A DNA stretch of 64,000 bases, taken from assembly GCA_015660855.1 (NCBI GenBank), contig JACSDG010000027.1, forward strand, positions 5,305 through 69,304. Reading direction: 5' to 3'. This DNA comes from Magnetococcales bacterium. Its GTDB lineage: Bacteria > Pseudomonadota > Magnetococcia > Magnetococcales > UBA8363. The notes beneath the pieces were generated by a model. It had not been told where the DNA came from, made no database searches, and worked only from the letters and a program-made list of their open reading frames with translations. A program made the translations under genes and the position numbers. Within the stretch, counting starts at the first letter, position 1. The number at the start of each line of letters is the position of its first letter. Shown here in pieces: positions 47,565 to 56,252 of this stretch.

Positions 47565-50446
47565 GGGAGTTACAGCGCGTTGCACAGAAAGAGTTTTCTG
47601 TTTTTTTTGCATCCCCCGCAGCCTTGCTTTTTCTTGGGGCCTTTCTGGCCATCACCCTGTTTGTCTTTTTTTGGGTGGAAACCTTTTTTGCCCGCAATAT
47701 TGCCGATGTCCGGCCTTTGTTTTCCTGGATGCCCATCCTCCTGATTTTTCTGGTCGCTGCATTGACCATGCGCTCCTGGTCGGAAGAACGACGTTCCGGT
47801 TCTCTGGAAACATTGCTGACCAGTCCCACCAGTCCCATCGCCCTGGTATTGGGTAAATTTGCCGCTGGCATGGCCCTTGTTGGCGTCGCCATGGCACTGA
47901 CTCTCCCTCTTCCCTTGACCGTCGCCTTTATCGGTCCCATGGATTGGGGTCCGGTTTTTGGGGGGTATCTGGCGACGCTGTTTCTTGCCGCCGCCTACGT
48001 CAGTATCGGACTCTATTTGAGCACCCGTACCGATAATCCCATCGTCGCCCTCATTATGACGGCCCTGGTATGCAGCGCGTTCTATCTCGTCGGCTCTCCC
48101 ACCCTGACCAACCTGTTTGACCATTCCATGGCCAACTTTTTGTCTCTCCTGGGAACCGGGTCGCGTTTTGAATCCATTACCCGTGGGGTGTTGGATTTTC
48201 GTGACCTTTATTATTATCTGTCCATCGTCGGAATCTTTTTAACCCTGAACCTGTACTCCCTGGAAAAACTGCGCTGGGTGGATAACCCCAGGAGCAGCCA
48301 CCATCAACAATGGGGCCTGCTTACCCTTTTGGCCGTTGCCAATCTGGTGGTCGGTAACTTTTGGTTGACCTCTATCGGTTGGGCGCGTGTCGATATGACC
48401 CAGGGAGCCATTTATTCTCTCTCACCAGCGACCTCCAGCTACCTTGAACGCTTGCGGGAACCTCTCCTTATCCGCGGTTATTTTTCCGCCAAAACCCATC
48501 CCTTGCTGGCACCGCTCGTCCCCCGGCTTAAGGATCTCCTCAAAGAATATGCCGTCATGGGCCACGACCAGGTGCGGGTGGAATTTGTCGATCCACAACA
48601 GGATCCCGCATTGGAAGAGGAAGCAGCATCACGCTATGGTATCCGCCCTGTCCCTTTCCAGATGGCCAATCGGTATCAGGCTTCGGTGGTCAACGCCTAT
48701 TTTGACATCGTTGTCGCTTATGGTGACCAATACGAAGTCCTGGGCTATCGTGAGCTGATTGAGATCAAGGCGGAAAGCGAAAAAGAGTTGGATGTGGAAC
48801 TGAAAAACCCGGAGTATGCCATCACCGGGGCCATTCGCAAAACGTTGACCGCCTATCAGGCTGGCGGCAATCCTTTTGAAACTTTTGCGCGCAATATCAC
48901 CTTTACCGGATATATGTCGGCCGACGACAAACTTCCCAAAAGTCTTGTTGATTTTAAAGGTGATTTAAACAGTCTGTTGGAAGACCTGAAGCAAAAATCC
49001 CATGGGCGTCTTGCATTTCAGTTCATGGATCCCGAAGCCAACGGCGGGCAGTTGGGGAGTGAGCTGCAAAAACGTTTTGGCTTCGGACCCCAGATAGCCA
49101 GTCTGTTTGACCCGAAACCATTCTGGTTTTACATGGTCATGGAATCGGACAAGGATGCCCAGCAGGTGCCTTTGCCCCAGGAGTTGACCAAACAGGCCCT
49201 GGGTAAATCCATCGAGGCCACCATCAAACGGATGGCCCCAGGATTTTTGAAAACGGTCACTCTTCTGCACCCCGAACGATCCTTCAACCCAGGTGTGCCC
49301 AGCAAGGATTACACCCGTATCAAGGAAATTTTGGGAGAAAACTCTCGTATCATCGAAAACAATCTGACCACCGGCCAGGTTCCCGAAGAGACCGACCTTC
49401 TCATGGTCCTTGGCCCCAATGGTTTGCAGGAGCAACAGGTTTTTGCCATCGACCAGTTTTTGATGCAGGGAGGGAGTGTCGTTCTGGTCACGTCTCCCTT
49501 CGATGTGGAAGTTGGTCGCAGTTTGACGGCATCCAAGATTAATTCCGGCTTGAAGGAATGGTTGACCCACATGGGGATCACCATGGAAGAAAGTATGATC
49601 CTAGATGCACAGAATGGTGCCTTGCCCATTCCGGTGCAGCGCCAGATTGGACCGATCACGGTCCAGGAAATTCGCATGCTTCCCTATGGTTTTTTCGCCG
49701 ATATTCGCCACAACGGTCTTGGCAAAGACAATCCCATCACCTCCGGCTTGGGGCAGCTGACCATCAACTGGGCTTCACCCATCGAAGTTGACGTTCAAAA
49801 GAACAAAGATCGCAAGGTGGTTCATCTTCTGACCTCGTCGGATAAAACATGGATTTCAAATGAACTCAATGTTGTCCCCGATTACAGAACCTTTCCGGAA
49901 GTTGGGTTTTCCACGGCCGACAAACCCAAGTCCCGGGTCGTAGCCGCCCTGATCGAAGGAAAGTTTGATTCCTTTTTCAAGGGCAAACCATCGCCGCTGA
50001 TGAAAAAGGATGAACCGGGAAAAGAGGAGAAAAATGCCGATGGCCAAGAGAAAAAAGAGGCCAAGCCCGAGGAGAAAAAAACCATTGCCGGGGTTATTGA
50101 ACGTTCTGGGGAATCGGCAAAAATTATACTTATCGCAAGTCAAGGATTTGCCGAAGACAATATCCTTGATCTGGCTTCCCAGGGGATGGGGACGGTCTAT
50201 ACCAAACCTTTGGAACTTTTGCAGAATGTCGTTGATTGGTCGTTGGAGGATCGTGGTTTGTTGAGTATTCGTTCCCGTGGGCATTTCAGCCGCACTTTGG
50301 AGCAAATGGAACAATCGCAACGCATGGCTTTGGAGTATCTGCATTATGGCATTGCGATTTTTGGGTTGGTGTCGGTTTGGTTTTGGCGGCGGAAGGCCAA
50401 GATTAAGAGCCATTCACGTTATCAGTCCATTTTGGCGGAGGTTTGA
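47561..50446 (+). CDS. ABC-2 permease fused to a GldG-like (ABC-type uncharacterised transport system) domain
   Basis: 961-aa ORF. The N-terminal ~240 aa are a multi-TM ABC-2-type permease. They are followed by a large extracytoplasmic domain and a terminal TM helix (GIAIFGLVSVWFW), the GldF+GldG arrangement. The ATG overlaps the ATPase stop. Confidence 0.75.
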   Translation: MRELQRVAQKEFSVFFASPAALLFLGAFLAITLFVFFWVETFFARNIADVRPLFSWMPILLIFLVAALTMRSWSEERRSGSLETLLTSPTSPIALVLGKFAAGMALVGVAMALTLPLPLTVAFIGPMDWGPVFGGYLATLFLAAAYVSIGLYLSTRTDNPIVALIMTALVCSAFYLVGSPTLTNLFDHSMANFLSLLGTGSRFESITRGVLDFRDLYYYLSIVGIFLTLNLYSLEKLRWVDNPRSSHHQQWGLLTLLAVANLVVGNFWLTSIGWARVDMTQGAIYSLSPATSSYLERLREPLLIRGYFSAKTHPLLAPLVPRLKDLLKEYAVMGHDQVRVEFVDPQQDPALEEEAASRYGIRPVPFQMANRYQASVVNAYFDIVVAYGDQYEVLGYRELIEIKAESEKELDVELKNPEYAITGAIRKTLTAYQAGGNPFETFARNITFTGYMSADDKLPKSLVDFKGDLNSLLEDLKQKSHGRLAFQFMDPEANGGQLGSELQKRFGFGPQIASLFDPKPFWFYMVMESDKDAQQVPLPQELTKQALGKSIEATIKRMAPGFLKTVTLLHPERSFNPGVPSKDYTRIKEILGENSRIIENNLTTGQVPEETDLLMVLGPNGLQEQQVFAIDQFLMQGGSVVLVTSPFDVEVGRSLTASKINSGLKEWLTHMGITMEESMILDAQNGALPIPVQRQIGPITVQEIRMLPYGFFADIRHNGLGKDNPITSGLGQLTINWASPIEVDVQKNKDRKVVHLLTSSDKTWISNELNVVPDYRTFPEVGFSTADKPKSRVVAALIEGKFDSFFKGKPSPLMKKDEPGKEEKNADGQEKKEAKPEEKKTIAGVIERSGESAKIILIASQGFAEDNILDLASQGMGTVYTKPLELLQNVVDWSLEDRGLLSIRSRGHFSRTLEQMEQSQRMALEYLHYGIAIFGLVSVWFWRRKAKIKSHSRYQSILAEV

Positions 50447-50449
50447 GCC

Positions 50450-51595
50450 ATGGAAAAGACGATTCGAATCCTGGCGGTTGTGTTTGTGGTGCAATTGGTT
50501 TTGGCGGCAATTTTGGGTTTGACGGGATCTGGTTTGGGTACTCAGGCACCGGATACGACGTTTTTTTCCTTCAAGGTTACGGAAATAGATGATGTGACCA
50601 TTCATGGAGAAGGGCGTTCGCTTCACTTGGTGAAGAAGGACAATCGATGGATTCTACCCGATCAGAAGGGTTTTCCGGCCCATTCCGGACAGGTGCAAAC
50701 TTTGTTGGAGAGTCTTGGCCAACTGAAGCATGGGTTGCCGGTGGCTACGACGGCGGCGGCCCAGACGCGCTTCAAGGTGGCCGACAAGGAGTTTGAGCGT
50801 AAAATTGTGTTGACTCAGAATGGCCTGGCCAAGGCGGTGCTTTATACCGGGACTTCGCCGGGTTTACGGCAGGTGCATGCGCGTCTTGAGGGGATGGAGA
50901 CGACGCATTCGGTGGCTTTTGCCAATCACCAAGCTTCGGTCAAGGTGGATGATTGGATTGACAAGACCATTCTGGCGATTCCCATGGAGGAGATTGTTTC
51001 CCTTGATGTGGCCGGTTTGACGGTGACACCTGGGGAAGTCCCTGCCCAGGAGAAGAAAGATTCTGGGAAGGCCGCGTCGAAAGAGGAAATTGTTTGGCAA
51101 GTCAATCCTTTGGCTCAGGGAGAGTCGCCAAACCAAGCGGAATTGGTCAAGTTGATGCGGTCGATTGCACACTTGAGTGTTGACGGTTTGGAGGAGGCTG
51201 GGGGTGAAACTGCCGCAGCTTTGGAAAAGCCGGCGTTGGAACTGGCGGTGAAACGAAAGGATGGGTCACAGGTGGTTTACAAGGTGGCCAAGGTTGAGAA
51301 AAAGGGGGCTTTTTTGGTCAAGTCCTCGGCGAGAGAAGAAAATTTTCGGATTGCGGGTTATGTGGGTGAGCAGTTTTTGAAAAACAGTCGCAAAGAAAAC
51401 CTAGTCATTTCTCCGATGAAGGAAGGTGACAAAAAGGCACCCGAAGGTACGGAGAAAAAAGCGGATGCTTTGCTTGAGCATCGGCCACCGGAAATGGAGC
51501 CATCGGCCATTGTGGAAACGCCTATCGAAGCCGTTGGTGATATTATTCCGGGTGTCCTTCCCCCTGAAAAACCAGAGGAAGGTCGGTCAAGGTAG
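50450..51595 (+). CDS. DUF4340-like membrane-anchored protein (partner of GldG-type exporters)
   Basis: 381-aa ORF starting 3 nt after the previous stop. Single N-terminal TM helix (ILAVVFVVQLVLAAILGL). Its position after a GldG-like gene is typical of DUF4340. The family call is contextual. Confidence 0.55.
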   Translation: MEKTIRILAVVFVVQLVLAAILGLTGSGLGTQAPDTTFFSFKVTEIDDVTIHGEGRSLHLVKKDNRWILPDQKGFPAHSGQVQTLLESLGQLKHGLPVATTAAAQTRFKVADKEFERKIVLTQNGLAKAVLYTGTSPGLRQVHARLEGMETTHSVAFANHQASVKVDDWIDKTILAIPMEEIVSLDVAGLTVTPGEVPAQEKKDSGKAASKEEIVWQVNPLAQGESPNQAELVKLMRSIAHLSVDGLEEAGGETAAALEKPALELAVKRKDGSQVVYKVAKVEKKGAFLVKSSAREENFRIAGYVGEQFLKNSRKENLVISPMKEGDKKAPEGTEKKADALLEHRPPEMEPSAIVETPIEAVGDIIPGVLPPEKPEEGRSR

Positions 51596-51656
51596 AGTCC
51601 ATTGATTTTGTCCATGTTCGTGGCTATAATCGGGATAGGCTGTCGGGGTGTGCGCG

Positions 51657-51784
51657 TATCGGAAAAGCAAGGTTTGGCCGAAATTTGTGCGGGGGTCCGG
51701 GGGAGATCATCCCCCCCTTGCTGCGGTTGGGAGGCGGCAGCCCACCAAGGTTTTGGTTTTGTGCCCGCAGGGCATCATGTTCTG
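51657..51784. repeat. Intergenic repeat, complete forward copy (modules A-B-C-D)
   Basis: TATCGGAAAAGCAAGGTTTGGCCGAAATTTGTGCGGGGGTCCGGGGGAGATCATCCCCCCCTTGCTGCGGTTGGGAGGCGGCAGCCCACCAAGGTTTTGGTTTTGTGCCCGCAGGGCATCATGTTCTG. Confidence 0.9.
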
Positions 51785-51831
51785 CAGCGGATTTTCCATC
51801 TGCTTTGAGCGAGGGAAATGAGGACATAGCC

Positions 51832-52107
51832 ATGATGAAATCCAGTCGCAAAAGTACCCTTTCCAGTCTGGATGAGCCTGGGCCTGCACTCATGAACTTG
51901 GTGCGAAGGTATGGGACCAGACTGTTGGTTCTGGTGTTGTTTTTGGTTATGGCGTCCTACTTTCTTGGGGGTTCATCCGATGGTCCCCGCAAGCAAACGT
52001 TTATCACCCTTGAAATTCCCCCCCCTGTTCAAAGTGCCTCTACCACAAGCCAAGCGACTCCCGCTACCAATCAATCCGCCCCGCCCATTCCCGATGACCA
52101 GGATTGA
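51832..52107 (+). CDS. Small single-TM hypothetical protein
   Basis: 91 codons from ATG 51832 (GAGGA upstream). One TM helix (LLVLVLFLVMASYFLGG) and a Pro/Ser/Thr-rich tail. The listed 51685 start lies inside the repeat element. Confidence 0.35.
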   Translation: MMKSSRKSTLSSLDEPGPALMNLVRRYGTRLLVLVLFLVMASYFLGGSSDGPRKQTFITLEIPPPVQSASTTSQATPATNQSAPPIPDDQD

Positions 52108-52116
52108 TTTTTTTGT

Positions 52117-52233
52117 AGCGGAAAAATAAGGTTTGGCAAAAATTATTGTGGGGGGGATTATCCCCCCCGTGCTACGGTTTGGCGGCGGTAGCCCACCAAG
52201 GTTTTGTTTTTTGCCCGCAGGGCATGATGTTCG
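52117..52233. repeat. Intergenic repeat, complete forward copy (modules A-B-C-D)
   Basis: TAGCGGAAAAATAAGGTTTGGCAAAAATTATTGTGGGGGGGATTATCCCCCCCGTGCTACGGTTTGGCGGCGGTAGCCCACCAAGGTTTTGTTTTTTGCCCGCAGGGCATGATGTTCGG. It is a direct repeat of 51657-51784. Confidence 0.9.
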
Positions 52234-52239
52234 GTTAAG

Positions 52240-52725
52240 ATGGGAGAGCGGGCCATGCCTTGGGAATGGGACGGGGGCCATTTGATTGAAATTGAAGAGC
52301 GGGCCATACCTTGGAAATACGACCCTGGCGAGAAAAGAAAGAAGCACAAATGGTCAAAGGACGAGGCGGGCTTCCTGCCCCCTTCCGGGCGAAACATGCG
52401 TGGCCAGTGCCCGACATCGATTACCCATCATCCAACGCTCGCCGAAGATTTGCTTAACGATGGGATTCCATGGCCACCTGAAGCGAAAATACCGGAAGCT
52501 ATCTACAATGTTTATAAAGGCGTGATCTATCGGGCAGAAGAAACCGAACCTGGAAAATCCTATCACGGTTTTCCCGAATGCGAAAAAGTCCCTGATAAGG
52601 TTCTCCAGGAACTGGCCATCCGTGCTGAAAAATGCGGTTACCATCGTCAATTCAAGAAGTGGTTGAAACGCTACCTTCCCGAGGGATGGAACAGAATAAA
52701 GTGCCCGACCCTCAATCATGATTGA
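52240..52725 (+). CDS. Hypothetical 161-aa protein (no family recognised), first gene of a two-gene cassette
   Basis: N-terminal tandem motif ERAMPWEWD (aa 3-11) / ERAIPWKYD (aa 20-28). Basic patch EKRKKHKWSK. Cys/His-containing C-terminal half (QCPTSITHHP...SYHGFPECEKVP...KCGYH...IKCP). The stop overlaps the downstream ATG (ATGATTGA). Confidence 0.55.
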   Translation: MGERAMPWEWDGGHLIEIEERAIPWKYDPGEKRKKHKWSKDEAGFLPPSGRNMRGQCPTSITHHPTLAEDLLNDGIPWPPEAKIPEAIYNVYKGVIYRAEETEPGKSYHGFPECEKVPDKVLQELAIRAEKCGYHRQFKKWLKRYLPEGWNRIKCPTLNHD

Positions 52726-54187
52726 GTTGACTGCCATGATGCGATTTGAGTTCAGTCCCCTGTCCAATGACTCCACCGCATCCCCACCCACATTTTCGGG
52801 CCATGGTCGGCTGACTCTGTTGCTGAATGATCAGGACATCTGGAGTGACGAGGAGAGCGAAGAACTCCAGGGAGTCGATGCCTATTGGGACGGTCTTCTC
52901 CATCATTTGGCAAAATACTGGCACTATTTGATGATGGAAGACCCCTATCCGTTGCACTTCAATCCTGTTTCCCCCGCCGTATTTTTTGATGAAGCCATGC
53001 GCGAATTGCGGGCCATGGGGCTATCGGAGCGATCCTTCCTTGTGGAGGAGGCGCGAGTTTTTGCGTTCAATCGTCGGCACAATCTTGCAGCAGGTATGCC
53101 GGGCATCCACCTCCCCCCTGTGTTTGTACTTCGGGAAGGCCGCGACATACGGATCGTAGCCGAGTCCATGGATGTGCGCCTTCCCATGGAAAAGGTTCGG
53201 CGTACCCTGGAAAATCTGGGCAACACCATCGCCCAGTCCGTCCATCCCCTATCTCCACGGGGCAGGATCATCCGTGAGGCATGGGACAAACGCAACCAGC
53301 TTCCGTCCAGAGAAGAGACCTACGCCATGATCACCGGCATGTCCGTGGACAGCATCAAGGCACTGGCCGCGAATGACGATCCAGAAAAATTGTTTGGCCT
53401 GCCTTCCCTGGATGCGCCATCTTCCATGCTCCTGGCTGCGCGCATGACGCAGCACACATTGGACGTGGACGAAATCAGGAACGTCATTGCGCACATTGCC
53501 AAAGTCCGGTTGGGGCATCTCGACGAGGAATTTCTCGAACTTAGACGTAAAGCGCATTCGGAATTGGATGATCTCCACGATCAGAAGCACTATCGGCAGG
53601 GATATCATCTTGCCCAGTGGCTGCGCGGCCAATTGAAATACCGTGACGAACAATCCTTCGATCCAGAATCATGGCTGAAGGATCGTGGAGCCGTCATTGA
53701 GAAAAGCAAAAAAAATATTCCATCGGCAATAGATGCTCTCGCATGCTGGACGAACAAGGATGCAGCCATCGTCATAAACAAGAAAGGCACTCATGCCGGA
53801 AAGGACTGGGGAGAAAAGGCCTCTTTGGCACACGAAATTGCCCACCTTCTTGTAGACACGGATCACGCCTTGCCTTTGGTGGATATTCTTGGCGGAAAGA
53901 TGCCGGCTCTCGCGGAAAAACGCGCCAACGCCTTTGCCGCAGAACTTCTTGTTCCAAGAGACCAAGTAATGGCGCACCTTCCGAAAGTTTTGACTTGTGA
54001 CACTCTGAAGAAACTTATTGATCTGCTTGTAAATAAGTTCAAGGTTGGACGTGAGCTTACTGGCAATCAGATATCCAACTTATTGAAAGATAGAGGAGAT
54101 CTTACCCCTGTCATGAAAATGAATATTTATAGAGCGATTGGCAAACAAAGCAGGGACACGACCATAGGTTGGTGGTGGAGTGACTGA
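52718..54187 (+). CDS. Protein with a C-terminal ImmA/IrrE-type (M78) zinc metallopeptidase domain and a ~350-aa unrecognised N-terminal region
   Basis: HEIAHLLVD (HExxH at 53831-53845) followed by EKRANAFAAELLVPRDQV, the ImmA/IrrE signature. I could not recognise an HTH domain. Confidence 0.75.
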   Translation: MIELTAMMRFEFSPLSNDSTASPPTFSGHGRLTLLLNDQDIWSDEESEELQGVDAYWDGLLHHLAKYWHYLMMEDPYPLHFNPVSPAVFFDEAMRELRAMGLSERSFLVEEARVFAFNRRHNLAAGMPGIHLPPVFVLREGRDIRIVAESMDVRLPMEKVRRTLENLGNTIAQSVHPLSPRGRIIREAWDKRNQLPSREETYAMITGMSVDSIKALAANDDPEKLFGLPSLDAPSSMLLAARMTQHTLDVDEIRNVIAHIAKVRLGHLDEEFLELRRKAHSELDDLHDQKHYRQGYHLAQWLRGQLKYRDEQSFDPESWLKDRGAVIEKSKKNIPSAIDALACWTNKDAAIVINKKGTHAGKDWGEKASLAHEIAHLLVDTDHALPLVDILGGKMPALAEKRANAFAAELLVPRDQVMAHLPKVLTCDTLKKLIDLLVNKFKVGRELTGNQISNLLKDRGDLTPVMKMNIYRAIGKQSRDTTIGWWWSD

Positions 54188-54229
54188 CATGACCACTCGC
54201 ACCCACCCTATGTAAATCTGGAACTATCT

Positions 54230-55468
54230 ATGACATCTCCCTTCCCTGATGACGTCGTGAGCCATCGACTGGTGGCACTGGATGTTTTTCGGGGTCTGAC
54301 TTTTGCGGGTATGATGCTGGTCAATAATGCCGGTGACTGGAAACATTTTTACGCCCCACTGAGTCATGCTGCTTGGCACGGATGGACTTTTGCCGATTTT
54401 GTTTTTCCTTTTTTCTTGTGGATTGTTGGATTGTCCATGACGCTGTCTTTTTCCAGACGGCGGCAGCGGGGTGATGCGGTCGCGGCGATGGGGGGGCATG
54501 TGCTTCGGCGCGCCGCAGTTTTGTTTGGCTTGGGATTGTTTTTGTCGGGATTTCCGTTTGGTTTGGCTTTTGAGCATGTGTTTTCTTTGGCGACGATTCG
54601 GATTCCAGGAGTCTTGCAACGCATTGCCCTTTGCTACCTGTTCGTCGGCATCGTCGTTCTTTACACCCGTGTTCGCACCCAATGGATCCTGGCCGGATTG
54701 TTGTTATTCGTTTATTGGTGGTTGCTTACGTTTGTTTCGGTGCCAGGTTATGGGGCTGGGGTGTTAACACCCGAGGGCAATTTGGCCCGATATGTGGATT
54801 CCATGCTTTTGGCTGGGCATACCTGGTCGCACGCCCCCGCGCCGGGGTTTGATCCGGAAGGATTGTTGAGCACGTTGCCCGCCATGGCCACGACTTTGTT
54901 CGGAGTTCTCACCGGTCATTTTTTAAATGCAGGTTGGTCGTCGCGTGCACGTCTTTTGGGGTTGATGGGAGCGGGAATTTTTTTCACAGGTTTGGGGTTG
55001 TTTATTGATCCCTGGTTTCCCATCAACAAAAGCCTGTGGACCAGTTCCTATGTGTTTTTCATGGCAGGCATGGCCCTAGTCGTCTTTGCCGTTTGTCATT
55101 GGCTCGTGGACATCCAGGGGTGGCGGCGATGGTTCCGGCCTTGGGTCATCTATGGCACCCATACACTGTCCCTCTATTTTTTGTCAGGTTTGACAAGCAA
55201 ACTTATTCATACCATCAAAATTGTTGACGCCAACCAGCCACCTGTTTCCTTGAAGGTATTTTATTATCGCCGTCTTTTTCTCCCTTTTTTTGACCCCTGG
55301 ATGGCTTCCTTCCTTCATGCCATGGCTTTTGTTTGCGTTATGTATTTGATCGCTTGGTTGATGTACCGATGGCGGAGAGGTTTTTCCGGTATCTTAAGAG
55401 TCAGGGGAGGGGTTTCCCGGCCTGCAACATGCGCAACGCCAACATGTTGGGAGAAATCCACACCATGA
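54230..55468 (+). CDS. Multi-TM acyltransferase-like protein (DUF1624/DUF5009, heparan-alpha-glucosaminide N-acetyltransferase-like)
   Basis: N-terminus RLVALDVFRGLTFAGMMLVNNAGDW...LSHAAWHGWTFADFVFPFFLWIVG is characteristic of this family. About 10 TM helices. Confidence 0.7.
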   Translation: MTSPFPDDVVSHRLVALDVFRGLTFAGMMLVNNAGDWKHFYAPLSHAAWHGWTFADFVFPFFLWIVGLSMTLSFSRRRQRGDAVAAMGGHVLRRAAVLFGLGLFLSGFPFGLAFEHVFSLATIRIPGVLQRIALCYLFVGIVVLYTRVRTQWILAGLLLFVYWWLLTFVSVPGYGAGVLTPEGNLARYVDSMLLAGHTWSHAPAPGFDPEGLLSTLPAMATTLFGVLTGHFLNAGWSSRARLLGLMGAGIFFTGLGLFIDPWFPINKSLWTSSYVFFMAGMALVVFAVCHWLVDIQGWRRWFRPWVIYGTHTLSLYFLSGLTSKLIHTIKIVDANQPPVSLKVFYYRRLFLPFFDPWMASFLHAMAFVCVMYLIAWLMYRWRRGFSGILRVRGGVSRPATCATPTCWEKSTP

Positions 55469-56093
55469 TGTCGTCAAATGAATCTTCAGGGGTGTCCCGA
55501 TAATCGTCGAGGACAAAGGTTGCGTTATTGTCGCTGTTTTCCCGTTCGGATGTACTCTCTGCGGGTTTTTGGGGAAGGTTGGCGGAGTTGACGGCCCCCA
55601 GTCCGTTGTCGCCATGGCTGACAACCACCGCCGGAGTGTGGTCGATACCATGGGTTACGGTGATGTTTCCCTGCCGGGCACTGGTGAAGTTTGGCAACGG
55701 GGTCCGTTTGTCGTCAGCGAAAGCGGGATCGACAGCATAGGTAAAACGATTGTTCCAGGGATCCAGGCGGCCCAAACCCAGAGTGACATAGGGCAGCTGT
55801 CCGACAATGGCCCCACCTTGATCATCCCGACCGCTACACCCGTATGGGGTGCGATCCTCTCTGCCATCATTATCGAAGTCTGGACAGGGAAGGTAGCCAT
55901 GGGTGATGACAAACCCTATCATGGAATCGTGGATATTTTGCAACAAATGCCCGGCCTCCTGGCGTTTGTTGACCTCCTGGAGTACGGATAACGGGCCAAG
56001 GAATCCTCCCAGCAGGAGACCCAGAACCAGAACCACCATGGCCATTTCCAGGAGGGTGAAACCCAGGGGTGAGTGAAGGCAGGTTGATTTCAT
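55401..56093 (-). CDS. Prepilin-type N-terminal cleavage/methylation domain protein (orphan pilin/pseudopilin-like)
   Basis: MKSTCLHSPLGFTLLEMAMVVLVLGLLLGG carries the class III signal (G|FTLLE). ATG 56093 is preferred over the listed 56168. The 3' end overlaps the convergent acyltransferase gene by 68 nt. Confidence 0.7.
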   Translation of the reverse strand: MKSTCLHSPLGFTLLEMAMVVLVLGLLLGGFLGPLSVLQEVNKRQEAGHLLQNIHDSMIGFVITHGYLPCPDFDNDGREDRTPYGCSGRDDQGGAIVGQLPYVTLGLGRLDPWNNRFTYAVDPAFADDKRTPLPNFTSARQGNITVTHGIDHTPAVVVSHGDNGLGAVNSANLPQKPAESTSERENSDNNATFVLDDYRDTPEDSFDDIMVWISPNMLALRMLQAGKPLP

Positions 56094-56252
56094 GGAGGAA
56101 TGTGCCATAGGGGGGAATGTTGGTTCTGGTAACCATTGTCGGAGGCTACCCGTTCCAAGGTTAAACAAAAACTCCAGTTACGCCAACCTTTTTTTGGCAT
56201 GGAGCATCATTTCAGCCAAAACATTTTTTTTGCTCTGCCGGGATGCCGAATT

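Noticed and set aside
51685-51831. 140-aa version of the small ORF starting at 51685, and minus-strand ORFs 51624-52417
   Set aside because: These starts and ORFs are translations of the repeat modules (recurrent strings such as GGPGEIIPP and ALRAQNQNLGGLPPPN appear wherever the repeat occurs).
55401-55468. 68-nt convergent overlap of the acyltransferase-like and prepilin-like genes as evidence that one call is wrong
   Set aside because: Both ORFs have strong N-terminal family signatures, and their ends are fixed by stop codons. The overlap is real at the sequence level, although the acyltransferase C-terminal tail (…GGVSRPATCATPTCWEKSTP) may be non-functional.
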